Shown: piece by piece, positions 25,364 to 34,464 of the stretch | Position numbering within the stretch: position 1 is the stretch's first letter | Layout: every line of letters begins with the position of its first letter | Virus record (IMG/VR): IMGVR_UViG_3300031419_000007 | Origin: a virus | Lineage: Duplodnaviria > Heunggongvirae > Uroviricota > Caudoviricetes | Length of the DNA: 64,000 nt | Strand: one strand, 5' to 3' | Notes under the pieces: generated by a model | What the model saw: only the letters and a program-made list of their open reading frames with translations | What the model was told of the DNA's origin: nothing | Database searches by the model: none | Made by a program: the position numbers and the translations under genes

Positions 25364-25607
25364 ACAAATGCCCCCATAAGATGGTAACTTCAGGATTATT
25401 AAGCCGGAGAACAACCTTGAAGCCGTCCTCCTTAGCCAGTGAACTGATCGCCTGTCGATCGACAGGGTGTTCAATCTTGAAGTCTGCATACATTTCACCC
25501 CGAAGGGTAGCCTCTTCAATCCCTTTTTGAATATCCCCGTAGAGCTCAGCTCGGTTCTTCTTCAAATTTGAAATCGTTTCGGCGTACGCTTTCTGAGCCT
25601 TACTCAT
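25335..25607 (-). CDS. Hypothetical protein, six-member paralog family (cluster B)
   Basis: IEEATLRG...LAKEDGFKVV...VTILWG. Confidence 0.7.
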   Translation of the reverse strand: MSKAQKAYAETISNLKKNRAELYGDIQKGIEEATLRGEMYADFKIEHPVDRQAISSLAKEDGFKVVLRLNNPEVTILWGHLYEGYPTRSE

Positions 25608-26676
25608 AGATACGCTCTACCATGCCACGGGCGAACTGTGGTTTACCGGAATCCAGGAAGCCTTGGAATCGAGTAGTCATCGGCTTGCCCAGGATCTTAT
25701 CCGGGTTGTTGGCCAAGTCTTCCTTCATCCAGTCTTCTGCCTTCAGCGTCACTTCGAACCGCACGCCGTTGTGCTCACATACCGCAATGGCATTGCCCTC
25801 ACGGTCAACGCCGACGTCGACGACCATGAACTCCTGCTCCATGAAGTCCTTCCACTTGATCAGTGTCCGAGAGCGTTTCCACTCGTACGGAGAGCCGATC
25901 AGGTTGATCATGATGCCTTCATACAGCGCCTGCGTGAAGCGGTTCTTGTACTCTTCGACACGGGAGGAATCGATCGTGAAGTGCGGAACCACGAAGATAC
26001 CATTCGCACGGGCTTCCTCGTTGTCGTACATCTCGACGATCATCGCTTTACGTTCTTCCACCGGAATGCGAGGAATCGGTAAGTCGAACAAGTGGTACCC
26101 CAGACGCGGTGTCAGCTCGGGATCCGGTCGGTTGACCAGGCCATTAAGCTTACGCAGGCTCACTTGATGGATGTACATCTCACCATCAACCGGACCGCGA
26201 CCACGCAGGAAGTTCTGGATGCGTTGCGGAATGGCCCGGAACAGGATGTTATTGCGGGACAGGTACTGGTCGTTCAGCATCTTGGTGCGGACACCGTCGA
26301 GCTTCGGCGACACGATTACCGTATCCGGCAGGTTCACCCCGATCTTGCGTTTGGCTAAATCGTAGTAGTCGGTTGCCAACTGGACACCACGTTGTTCCAC
26401 CAGCTCACCGGTCTCAGAATAACCCTTCTTCACCTTGTCGTTCCACGCGGACAGGGCTTCTGCTTCTGCCTGCGTGACCGGTGTCGTTTCGTTACTCCGT
26501 CCGATGTTCTTGCCCTCGCGGATGATGATCTCGTGCTCGATCATCTTGCCGCCTTGACGCCCGTAGATCGCACCCAGGGCACAGGTACCGTCAAGCTTAG
26601 GTTGCGTGTACACCCGCCATTCCTGCGTGACCCCTTTGCTGTCTGTCTTCAGCAGGGTCGGTAGGAAAGTTCGCAT
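25600..26676 (-). CDS. ATP-dependent DNA ligase with an N-terminal WGR-like extension
   Basis: Motif I SPKLDGVR, DGEMY, YHLFD, EGIM, RSRTLIKWK, GKPQF. Confidence 0.9.
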   Translation of the reverse strand: MRTFLPTLLKTDSKGVTQEWRVYTQPKLDGTCALGAIYGRQGGKMIEHEIIIREGKNIGRSNETTPVTQAEAEALSAWNDKVKKGYSETGELVEQRGVQLATDYYDLAKRKIGVNLPDTVIVSPKLDGVRTKMLNDQYLSRNNILFRAIPQRIQNFLRGRGPVDGEMYIHQVSLRKLNGLVNRPDPELTPRLGYHLFDLPIPRIPVEERKAMIVEMYDNEEARANGIFVVPHFTIDSSRVEEYKNRFTQALYEGIMINLIGSPYEWKRSRTLIKWKDFMEQEFMVVDVGVDREGNAIAVCEHNGVRFEVTLKAEDWMKEDLANNPDKILGKPMTTRFQGFLDSGKPQFARGMVERIYE

Positions 26677-26693
26677 GATTGACTCCTGTGTTT

Positions 26694-26713
26694 GTTTACA
26701 CATTACTTATACC
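26694..26713 (-). promoter_or_regulatory. Putative phage promoter GGTATAAG-N4-GTGTAAAC
   Basis: Plus strand gtttacac atta cttatacc, 18 nt before the ligase ATG. Confidence 0.72.
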
Positions 26714-26718
26714 TGTAA

Positions 26719-26850
26719 TTAAGGGCGGCGAGTAACCCAAAGGTAAGCCGCAATCCAGACTACGGCAACGGCAATACCGCCGTCACCACCGAGATACTCT
26801 GTTATCACCCCAGCGATAAGCGAGATGACAATAGTGAAGAAGATGATCAC
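26719..26850 (-). CDS. 43-aa two-TM peptide (not in the ORF track)
   Basis: VIIFFTIVISLIAGVITEYLGGDGGIAVAVVWIAAYLWVTRRP; GTGA coupling. Confidence 0.5.
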   Translation of the reverse strand: MIIFFTIVISLIAGVITEYLGGDGGIAVAVVWIAAYLWVTRRP

Positions 26851-26990
26851 CGCCGACCTGCCACCCAGCAGCAACCGGTCAGTGCCGCACCGACGCCAAT
26901 CAGGGCAGAACCGGTCAGCGGGACGATCGTGGTCGCCAGCACGCCACCGACCATGAGGATAATACCGACAGTGGTACCTTTAAGCTTCAT
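26847..26990 (-). CDS. 47-aa two-TM peptide (not in the ORF track)
   Basis: MKLKGTTVGIILMVGGVLATTIVPLTGSALIGVGAALTGCCWVAGRR. Confidence 0.5.
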   Translation of the reverse strand: MKLKGTTVGIILMVGGVLATTIVPLTGSALIGVGAALTGCCWVAGRR

Positions 26991-27177
26991 CGCGTTTTTT
27001 ACTCCGGAAGCCGATAATCATGTATGTCGTCCCGATTAGCAGCAGGATTAACGAAATGCCCTGGGTACCGAGCGCCCACCACAGGTTGTCAACGAAATGC
27101 TGAAGCAGCGTGGCAATCGAATTGAAGATCCAACCGATCGCCGCCAGTATGATACCTATCACAAATTTCTTACTCAT
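26980..27177 (-). CDS. 65-aa two-TM membrane protein
   Basis: Two hydrophobic helices, basic C-terminal tail; coupled to the thyA stop. Confidence 0.6.
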   Translation of the reverse strand: MSKKFVIGIILAAIGWIFNSIATLLQHFVDNLWWALGTQGISLILLLIGTTYMIIGFRSKKRDEA

Positions 27178-28064
27178 ACTGCCACCGGTGCCTTAACGAA
27201 AGGCCCGTGCTCGTAACCGACGATCCGGATGTCATCCATGGTGAACTCATCGATGTCCATCCGCTCTGCCAGGTGGACGCGAGCCAGAGGGTACGTAGGA
27301 GCTTCCAGGAGGCCCTCAGCGAGCTCCAAATGGTTCTGGTATAGATGTGTGTCACCTGTGACGTGGATGAACTCAGCGGGCTTGTGAGACGTCACAGCGG
27401 CTACCATGTGGGCGAGCAGAGCGTAGGACGCAATGTTGAACGGCACGCCCAGGAACACGTCGGCGGAACGCTGGTACAGCAGGCAGGACAGATAGCGCTC
27501 GCCGTTACGCTCTTCAGAGAAGAACTGGAAGAAGCAGTGGCACGGTGGCAGCGCCATGTCGTCGATATCGGCAGGGTTCCACGCTGAGACGATGATCCGA
27601 CGGGAATCCGGGTTGGTCCGCAGCAGCTCGATTGCGTTGGTCAGCTGGTCAATATCCCGACGGAATACCGCTTCCCCATTCGGGAGGGTACCGAGGTACT
27701 CGTAGCCATTCTCCAGCAGTAAATTACAACGGCCTTGGTCCAAGATGTCGATCAGCTTAGTGTCGTTCCAGCGGCGCCACTGCTTGCCATAAATCGGGCC
27801 CAACTCACCTTCTTCATCCGCCCACTCGTTCCAAATGCCGCAACCAAGGGTCTTGGTGTTTGTCTCGCCACGCAGGAACCAGAAGAGTTCTTTCTTAATG
27901 CTCAGGGTCTTGGTTTCTTTGGCGGTTACCAACGGCAGCGTGCCGTCGTACAGCGGGTAGCGGCGAAGCTCACCGATTACCCCAAGGGTGCCGACACCGG
28001 TGCGGTCGTCGCGAGGGATGCCATTTTCCAAGATCGTATCGATCAAGCTTATGTACTGTTTCAA
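27174..28064 (-). CDS. thyA: Thymidylate synthase
   Basis: DDRTGVGT, ELFWFLRG, LGPIYGKQWR, ALPPCH, YQRSADVFLGVPFNIASY, DTHLY. Confidence 0.97.
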   Translation of the reverse strand: MKQYISLIDTILENGIPRDDRTGVGTLGVIGELRRYPLYDGTLPLVTAKETKTLSIKKELFWFLRGETNTKTLGCGIWNEWADEEGELGPIYGKQWRRWNDTKLIDILDQGRCNLLLENGYEYLGTLPNGEAVFRRDIDQLTNAIELLRTNPDSRRIIVSAWNPADIDDMALPPCHCFFQFFSEERNGERYLSCLLYQRSADVFLGVPFNIASYALLAHMVAAVTSHKPAEFIHVTGDTHLYQNHLELAEGLLEAPTYPLARVHLAERMDIDEFTMDDIRIVGYEHGPFVKAPVAV

Positions 28065-28079
28065 AGGGTTTTCTCCAAT

Positions 28080-28097
28080 AAAAAAGGCCCGAAGGCC
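28080..28097 (-). terminator. Intrinsic terminator
   Basis: GGCC-TTCG-GGCC plus T-run on the minus strand. Confidence 0.7.
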
Positions 28098-28532
28098 TTA
28101 AGGTTTGTAACCGGTGATATTCACCTGGGCCGTCCAGATCGGATAGCCCGCGTCATAATGATCGCCAATACTGTCTTCCGAGCCTTCCATCGGGATGGCC
28201 ACGGCGCCCTGCTTCAGTAAAAAGAACAGGTCGGGAGTATCTGCCGGGTTAAGCGTATCAACATTCTCAATCTCGTTCAACGCCGAGAGGGAGATGACTT
28301 GCATGCTACGCCCGAAGGTGAGAGTCACACCGTTCTGTGCCGCCAGATAACGTAAAGCATCTTTGTTCAATAGGAACTTATCCAGTTCCATCCCGACGAT
28401 AGAATACGACCGGGGTTCTCCTTTTTTCAAGTTGTCGATCATGAAGACTAAGTAGTCGACCCATGATGTAACATCAATGCCTTCTTCCCGATAGCCTACC
28501 GGAAGTTCAGTGATTAACGAGTTTGACGCCAT
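28098..28532 (-). CDS. Hypothetical protein
   Basis: 144-aa ORF with RBS GAGG. Confidence 0.65.
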   Translation of the reverse strand: MASNSLITELPVGYREEGIDVTSWVDYLVFMIDNLKKGEPRSYSIVGMELDKFLLNKDALRYLAAQNGVTLTFGRSMQVISLSALNEIENVDTLNPADTPDLFFLLKQGAVAIPMEGSEDSIGDHYDAGYPIWTAQVNITGYKP

Positions 28533-29128
28533 TTATATACCTCTTGCATTTCTAAGGCCTGACGAACGCAGTCGCCGAGTGCTTCATGTTTGGTACCCCA
28601 GTCCAGCTTGCGGTTGCCGAAAACAAAGCCACGCAGCGAACGGACATCGATCTCTTTGTAGAACGGGATCGGAAGAGACTGGTATTCACCTTTCTCGTCT
28701 TTACCATAGACGTCTTCTACTGCACTTTCAAGGATGCCAACGTCAAAACGTGGGGAACACGCAAAGATTGCTTCCGCACCGTTGCGGGCTTGGTCCGCCA
28801 TCCAATCGTAGAAACGACGGATACCGGTGTCAAAGTCCAGACGCAACAGTTTGTCGCTAAAGACAGAACGCTTGGCATCGACCGATTGCTTCTCCCACCA
28901 GGCAATGGTGCTCGGAGAAGTGGAGCGAGAGGTTTGGGTCGTTTTGTACTCGAGCACCAAGTTGATGTTCGGGGCGATGACTTTGTCACCCTCTACCAGA
29001 TCATCTTTAGTACCCAGCGGATTGAACGTTAAGGCGGCCATCGACAGGATCACCGACTGGGGACGCTTATCCAGAGTCTCAAAGTCAATCATCACTGCTT
29101 TTTTAGGAATGTTCGGAACGTAATTCAT
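28514..29128 (-). CDS. DEDDh 3'-5' exonuclease (DexA/ExoVIII-like)
   Basis: MIDFETL, SPRFDVGIL, DVRSL, HEALGDC. Confidence 0.85.
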   Translation of the reverse strand: MNYVPNIPKKAVMIDFETLDKRPQSVILSMAALTFNPLGTKDDLVEGDKVIAPNINLVLEYKTTQTSRSTSPSTIAWWEKQSVDAKRSVFSDKLLRLDFDTGIRRFYDWMADQARNGAEAIFACSPRFDVGILESAVEDVYGKDEKGEYQSLPIPFYKEIDVRSLRGFVFGNRKLDWGTKHEALGDCVRQALEMQEVYKWRQTR

Positions 29129-29166
29129 GTGGACTCCAGTAAAGGGGCGGCGAACCGCCCGTCAAA

Positions 29167-32064
29167 TTAACGAAGGATGCTATCCTGGGAGACAGCAGCA
29201 ATTTCTTTGATGATGGTCGGTGCGTCTTCAATCTTGAAGGACAGCACACGTCGCTGGTGGTTAGCGGTTCCCATCCGGTGCGTGGTCTCACCGCAGAAGT
29301 AGGATTCTTCCATGATCGCCGTGCGGATGGTCGACTTGGCGTGACCCATGTGGGAAATCTCCCGTTCCATCGCATCGATGGTGCCCGGGAACCACACGTA
29401 CAGCTTGGTGCCGTCAGTGGTCACGTGGTCACCGGTCACGGATGGGCGAGCCGATACCTGGCAGGAAGCAATCTTGTTGAAGAATTCGGTCACGATATCA
29501 ACCTCTTCTTGCATCACGACGTCCTGCTTAATCTGGTTGACCATCCACGGCAGGTACTCTTCACCGGGGAAGTAGGTCTTCATGAAACGCATGGCGAACC
29601 ATCCGACGACCTTCCAGATTTCTTTGGTACGCGAACCCACGTCGGAACCCTTCGGCAGGCTCTGGTTGATGAGTTCCTTCATCTCTTCCCAATTGCCTTC
29701 CAGTTCACGTTTATCCGTGCGGGTCGATTCCATGATCCAGTGGTAGCCGAAACGTGAGAAGTAGTCCACTTCCTCGTTCAACCAGTTGTACGCCCGCTGG
29801 GACTCGGCATCGTTACGCAGCGACGTGGTCTTTAAGGCCACGCAGCGTGACTGCAGCGCCGCATCGGTGAAGGAATCCTGACCGCCGAACCCGATGTTGC
29901 CCCGCACTTTCTGCACCTTGACCACACCCTGACGTGGCGTACCGAGTACACGCGGCGCACGGTTGAACATCCCACGCCACATAGAGTAATGCTCACGGGT
30001 TTTGAAGTCCGCACGCAACTCATCGACGATGATCGGCAGGCTTGAATAGTACTCGAGCTTACGCTGGAAGCCGACGGTGGATTTCTCCATCGAAGACACT
30101 ACCATGTAGCCTTTGTTCGCTTCCAGCATGTCAAACATCGCGAGCATCCATTGGAGCAGCGTCGTTTTGCCTTTACCGTGACGTCCCCACAGCTGGAGCA
30201 TCGGGAAGAAGTTCTGGGATTGGAAAATCACGTTCGAGAACGCATTCGCCTGAGCCCACGCCATCAGCGTACACGCTTCCGGAATCCCGATGATCTTAGA
30301 CAGCTTGTCCAGCACGGCGCCTTGATACTCCATGAACTCCTCGTGATCCTGAATATCGTTCATCAGGCGAGGAATGTGGATATTGTCATCCGCAGAGATA
30401 CCGTCGTTCAGGATATCCGACGAGATGGACTGTGGCATGACGCCATGGCCCGGCTGCGTCCAGAAAATCCCACGTTCATCCGGATAGTACACCGCACCGG
30501 TCGCGTTATTGATCATCACGTTGCGGAAAATCCACATGTTCAGCTCACTAACGTACCCGCAGTATTCCGGGATGTTCACCACACGTTCACGCTGGGTCTC
30601 AGAGATGTGCAGCCACAGGTTGTTCAGGTCCGAGTCAGAACCGAAGAAGATACCGTCACACGCCTTGGAGCAGAACTCTTTGAACAGACGCAGCGAAGAG
30701 CGGGCTGACGAGTTCAGGAAGACTGCACCGGAGCGGGATCCGTCTTCACGGGTGAACTCCATTTCACGCACACGTTCGCCACGGTGCAGGTAGACCGTTT
30801 TGACGCGGAGCGTGAAGTTGGTTAACCGCGTGAGCGTTTCCTTGGTGTCGCCGTTCGCCGAGGTGAATTCTTTGAGGCCATAATAGCTGCCGTCTTTCTC
30901 AACAATGTTGCCAGAACCCGTAACCTTAAGTTCCGCATTGTCACCTTCACCAAGGTTAGGACGAGGTACTTCGCCATCATTAAGAAGGCGCTCAACAGGA
31001 TTAAGCTCATCAGAACGACGTCGCTGAATGTAGAGGTCGATATCTCCATCTTGATCCGGAACCTTATACTGGTGCAGTTCACCCTTCGCCCACTTCCACG
31101 TGTTCGTACGGTATTTATCACCAGCTTCATCTGTGTCATAAAAAGTATGCACACGCTTGTGGCGAAGCGCCTCGGCGATGTACTCGTATTGGGCTTTGGA
31201 CAGCTGGCCATTCACGCAGATGATGCCGCCATCCCAACCCATGTCGATCAGGGAGAGCATATCATTCTCGCCTTCCACGACGGCCACGTCTTCGGCGTGT
31301 GCCACCGAGTCTTGGCCCATGACCACCACGCCGTTCAGCCAGTATTCTTTCTTCAGCTGAAACTGCAGCGGCTTATTGTCTTTGCCCAGACGCAGCGTCT
31401 TGAAGGTAAAACGAGACGCTCGGCCGTTGACGTATGCCACGTAGATAAACGACTCTTTGGGCAGTTTGTCACGGATCGACCCGTTGCCCGCAGCACCCAG
31501 ACCGGACTCCAGAATCTCCTCTTCGGAGAATCCTTTCATCAGCAGGTGTTTGCACAGCTCGGCATTGTCTGACCAGCCGACACGGGCAGATAAAAGGGTG
31601 GACTGCTTATGACCACGCACCTGCTCTTGGTAATCCAGCGGTGATTTCTTACCGAGGGACTCGTAGATTTTGGTGGTCATGAGCAGGTTGTGGTAATAGT
31701 CCGCCGCCTCGGTGAAGATCTTCTGGGATGAACTCACAGAGAACGTCAGGCCGAGGTCGAAGTCTTTGATGATGAGCTGGGCGGCCTCTTTCGGCGTCTC
31801 CAGACTCATCGTGCGACGGACGAATTCGATCACGTCAGCCGGAGACTCATCATGGATACACGCCGAGGAGAAGCATTTGGCGAAACCCTTCTCCGGTTCT
31901 GACTCGTCGAACGCAATGTGGAACGAGCCTTGACCGCCGTGCCAAGGACACAGGTCGTCGTCAGGGATGAAGTCATTTTCGCCACGTGCCCGCAGTGGTG
32001 TCCCGGGGCAGTATTTGTCGTAAGCATCAACGATAGATACACGGTTCTTTATTTCATTAAACAT
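29167..32064 (-). CDS. DnaG-type primase (Zn-finger plus TOPRIM) fused to a C-terminal P-loop ATPase/helicase
   Basis: CPWH...CFSSAC Zn finger; VVEGENDMLSL and FYDTDEAG TOPRIM; GRHGKGKTT Walker A; IIVDE Walker B. Confidence 0.85.
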   Translation of the reverse strand: MFNEIKNRVSIVDAYDKYCPGTPLRARGENDFIPDDDLCPWHGGQGSFHIAFDESEPEKGFAKCFSSACIHDESPADVIEFVRRTMSLETPKEAAQLIIKDFDLGLTFSVSSSQKIFTEAADYYHNLLMTTKIYESLGKKSPLDYQEQVRGHKQSTLLSARVGWSDNAELCKHLLMKGFSEEEILESGLGAAGNGSIRDKLPKESFIYVAYVNGRASRFTFKTLRLGKDNKPLQFQLKKEYWLNGVVVMGQDSVAHAEDVAVVEGENDMLSLIDMGWDGGIICVNGQLSKAQYEYIAEALRHKRVHTFYDTDEAGDKYRTNTWKWAKGELHQYKVPDQDGDIDLYIQRRRSDELNPVERLLNDGEVPRPNLGEGDNAELKVTGSGNIVEKDGSYYGLKEFTSANGDTKETLTRLTNFTLRVKTVYLHRGERVREMEFTREDGSRSGAVFLNSSARSSLRLFKEFCSKACDGIFFGSDSDLNNLWLHISETQRERVVNIPEYCGYVSELNMWIFRNVMINNATGAVYYPDERGIFWTQPGHGVMPQSISSDILNDGISADDNIHIPRLMNDIQDHEEFMEYQGAVLDKLSKIIGIPEACTLMAWAQANAFSNVIFQSQNFFPMLQLWGRHGKGKTTLLQWMLAMFDMLEANKGYMVVSSMEKSTVGFQRKLEYYSSLPIIVDELRADFKTREHYSMWRGMFNRAPRVLGTPRQGVVKVQKVRGNIGFGGQDSFTDAALQSRCVALKTTSLRNDAESQRAYNWLNEEVDYFSRFGYHWIMESTRTDKRELEGNWEEMKELINQSLPKGSDVGSRTKEIWKVVGWFAMRFMKTYFPGEEYLPWMVNQIKQDVVMQEEVDIVTEFFNKIASCQVSARPSVTGDHVTTDGTKLYVWFPGTIDAMEREISHMGHAKSTIRTAIMEESYFCGETTHRMGTANHQRRVLSFKIEDAPTIIKEIAAVSQDSILR

Positions 32065-32522
32065 TCTGTCACGCCCTTGTTTGCTAATGCGTCTGCTGCG
32101 TCATTACCAGGATCATTGCTATGACCCTTCACTTTATGAAGACTGAGTTTGGCAGCCAGTTTATCATAAAGAGGAATGATTTGCTGCCACAGCTCAAGAT
32201 TTTTTACATCTTTGAAGTTTCTGGCTTTCCAACCGGGCAACCATTCGGTTAACCCTTTCAGTACCAAGTTGGAATCCAAATAGATAGAGGCTGTACAGCC
32301 CGTCATGTCGACCAACTGCAGTGCCTTGAGCATCGCGGTCATCTCCATGATGTTGTTCGTGGTGTGCTTACTGCCGCCACATAACCCCCAGTTCAACTCC
32401 TGGAGGTGCACGCCCCAGCCGCCGGGGCCAGGATTGCCTTTACAGGCACCATCCGTGTAGATGGTTAAGTGTGAGGGAACGTCACGTTTCAAATAGCTTA
32501 GCTGTTCAATAATATCGTCCAT
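32049..32522 (-). CDS. rnhA: Ribonuclease HI
   Basis: IYTDGACKGNPGPGGWG, TTNNIMEM, DS, KVKGHSNDPGNDAADALAN. Confidence 0.95.
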   Translation of the reverse strand: MDDIIEQLSYLKRDVPSHLTIYTDGACKGNPGPGGWGVHLQELNWGLCGGSKHTTNNIMEMTAMLKALQLVDMTGCTASIYLDSNLVLKGLTEWLPGWKARNFKDVKNLELWQQIIPLYDKLAAKLSLHKVKGHSNDPGNDAADALANKGVTECLMK

Positions 32523-32556
32523 GGTGCCTCGAATGGGTTGAGTGGTCTCTGAAATT

Positions 32557-32571
32557 CTTATACCTTAAAAT
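32557..32571. promoter_or_regulatory. Back-to-back divergent promoter motifs CTTATACC-T-TAAAAT
   Basis: At the strand switch between RNase H (minus) and the tail-fibre cluster (plus). Confidence 0.55.
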
Positions 32572-32598
32572 ACCGATATGTGGATTTAGGAGACCATT

Positions 32599-33243
32599 AT
32601 GAGTGATTTGACTGTTATCTCCGACGGTATGTTCACTTCACCGGGTCTCGTCCGAACTGACGAACTCCCAGTGATGGACGCAGACATCGTCGAACTGGAG
32701 CATAAGGTAAGCCTTTTGCTTCAAAGTTTCAACAATAAGCTGTACCAGCAGACCTCTTGGCCGTGGGCCGGAGTGGAAGTCCCGTATGCTCAAAACCCAG
32801 GCCTCGGCTTGCCGTGGGGTGCGGATGCTATCCCTGGATTGCTGCAGTACGGTGAACCAACAGGGCCGATCACGGATGCTGATCACTTGCTGGCGGCCAC
32901 ACCGGATGCCGTCCGCCAAGTCCAAGCGTACTTTGCCGATGGCTTAACCGCTCGTCGGTTAGTGCAAGGTCAGGACCTTCGCAAAGACATTTGGATCTAC
33001 GGCAACGATGTCGGCGGTGCCACCGGTGAGGAAATTATCCGCCTGGCCCAGTCTCACCGTTTTGCCAAAGAGTTACCGGGCAGCGATTACGCTTATGTTC
33101 TGCATAAAGCAACGATTGACCCGACGGCCGCCAATGACGATACTCGCCCGCTGACCCGCATCACGGCCATCAGCCCGACGTCGGTAACGGCAGAGTATAA
33201 GGCCTTCAAAGTCCTCGTAGACGGGGAGTGGAAAGTACAATGA
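32599..33243 (+). CDS. Tail-fibre-associated protein 1
   Basis: Shared N-terminal motif; C-terminal ..VLVDGEWK.. fibre-tip-like end. Confidence 0.55.
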   Translation: MSDLTVISDGMFTSPGLVRTDELPVMDADIVELEHKVSLLLQSFNNKLYQQTSWPWAGVEVPYAQNPGLGLPWGADAIPGLLQYGEPTGPITDADHLLAATPDAVRQVQAYFADGLTARRLVQGQDLRKDIWIYGNDVGGATGEEIIRLAQSHRFAKELPGSDYAYVLHKATIDPTAANDDTRPLTRITAISPTSVTAEYKAFKVLVDGEWKVQ

Positions 33244-33842
33244 GTGAGACCCTAGTAACGCTCGGCGGGATGCCCGTTCCCCGCCCGCTCGCACTGAAAG
33301 ACGACATCGGGCAGTATTACACCCGCTTGGACGCTATCCAGGTGGCGATCAATCACGTTGACGTTAATGTTGACACCCTCTCGGACAAAGGTGGTCACAT
33401 CCGTTGGGAAAACATCGTGAACAAACCCGCTGCGAGCCTCACGGCGCCCGGCGTGGTGACCCTCTCGAACACCCCTTCCACGGACAAGACTACCGGCGCT
33501 ACCTTGAAGAGCCTCTGGGCCGTGAACGCCAACGGTTGGGGCTTCGTGCCCAAGACCCGGACGATCAACGGGATCGGTATGGCAGGGGATATCACCATGG
33601 CCGCCGATGACCTGCTGTCGTTCGATAAAGCGGCAACCGATGCCCTGGCTGCACTCGGTGGCAAGGTGAAAGACGTTCGCTTCGGTCCCGCCGTCCAGTC
33701 TTCTCTGGACAAAGTGCCGTTGAATAACTTCATCACGTCCTTCAATGGGCCGGGTCAACCGGTGTATTCTCGTCCGCTGCAGTTCCAGGTTCGCCAGAGC
33801 GATGGTACACTAGAGTGGATCAACATTCGGAGAACCGCATGA
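33240..33842 (+). CDS. Short tail fibre protein 2
   Basis: Fibre repeat ASLTAPGVVTLS, VPKTRTING repeat, C-terminal VKDVRFG...RPLQ domain. Confidence 0.75.
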   Translation: MSETLVTLGGMPVPRPLALKDDIGQYYTRLDAIQVAINHVDVNVDTLSDKGGHIRWENIVNKPAASLTAPGVVTLSNTPSTDKTTGATLKSLWAVNANGWGFVPKTRTINGIGMAGDITMAADDLLSFDKAATDALAALGGKVKDVRFGPAVQSSLDKVPLNNFITSFNGPGQPVYSRPLQFQVRQSDGTLEWINIRRTA

Positions 33843-34438
33843 TCAATATCGTAACAGAAGGCGCCGTCGATCCTTCCTTCCTGACTTCCCAAGACGTGGC
33901 CGACATGCGTGCGGACATTCCGAAGAAGTCAGACAAGATCGACGAGCTCATGGCCGAACTGGCCGAGAAAATGGGCATTGACGAGAAGGTACCATGGGAA
34001 AACATCGACGATCCGATTCAAGCCGACGCCTCCGCCGGAATCAGTGGTATCGCAACTGTCGAATCAGTGGCGAACAGTGTATCTCAGCAGGGTGCCCCGA
34101 GTATCTGGGTCATCAAGAAGCTCTTGGCACAAACCAAGGCGTCACCGAGCCTGAAGATCAACGGGAAGCCTTTGACGGCGGACGTCACCTTCACGGCAGC
34201 TGACTTCAATATGTACGACGCGGCAACGGTCCGGGCGAAGTTTTCCACGCCGGCTACTCCCGCGAAGGCAATCCAAATGGGTACCGCCACGCCGCAGCCT
34301 ACTTCCAGCAATGAAGTTGCCGGTAGCGTGCTGGTCGACGTGAAGTATGATTCGGCTGCGGGAACCTGGTCTGGCGTGTTCCGTCCGGTGCTTGCCGTGC
34401 TGCAAGACGGCTCGACTAAGCCCGTCGCATTCTCGTAA
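33839..34438 (+). CDS. Short tail fibre protein 3
   Basis: ADASAGISGIAT fibre repeat, KINGKPLTADV repeat. Confidence 0.7.
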   Translation: MINIVTEGAVDPSFLTSQDVADMRADIPKKSDKIDELMAELAEKMGIDEKVPWENIDDPIQADASAGISGIATVESVANSVSQQGAPSIWVIKKLLAQTKASPSLKINGKPLTADVTFTAADFNMYDAATVRAKFSTPATPAKAIQMGTATPQPTSSNEVAGSVLVDVKYDSAAGTWSGVFRPVLAVLQDGSTKPVAFS

Positions 34439-34464
34439 AATAACGGCTATTACAGGAGAAACGC

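Noticed and set aside
28525-28545. TATATACC near 28535 as another promoter copy
   Set aside because: It is the RBS/spacer (GAGGTATATAAATG) of the 28098..28532 gene and lacks the consensus
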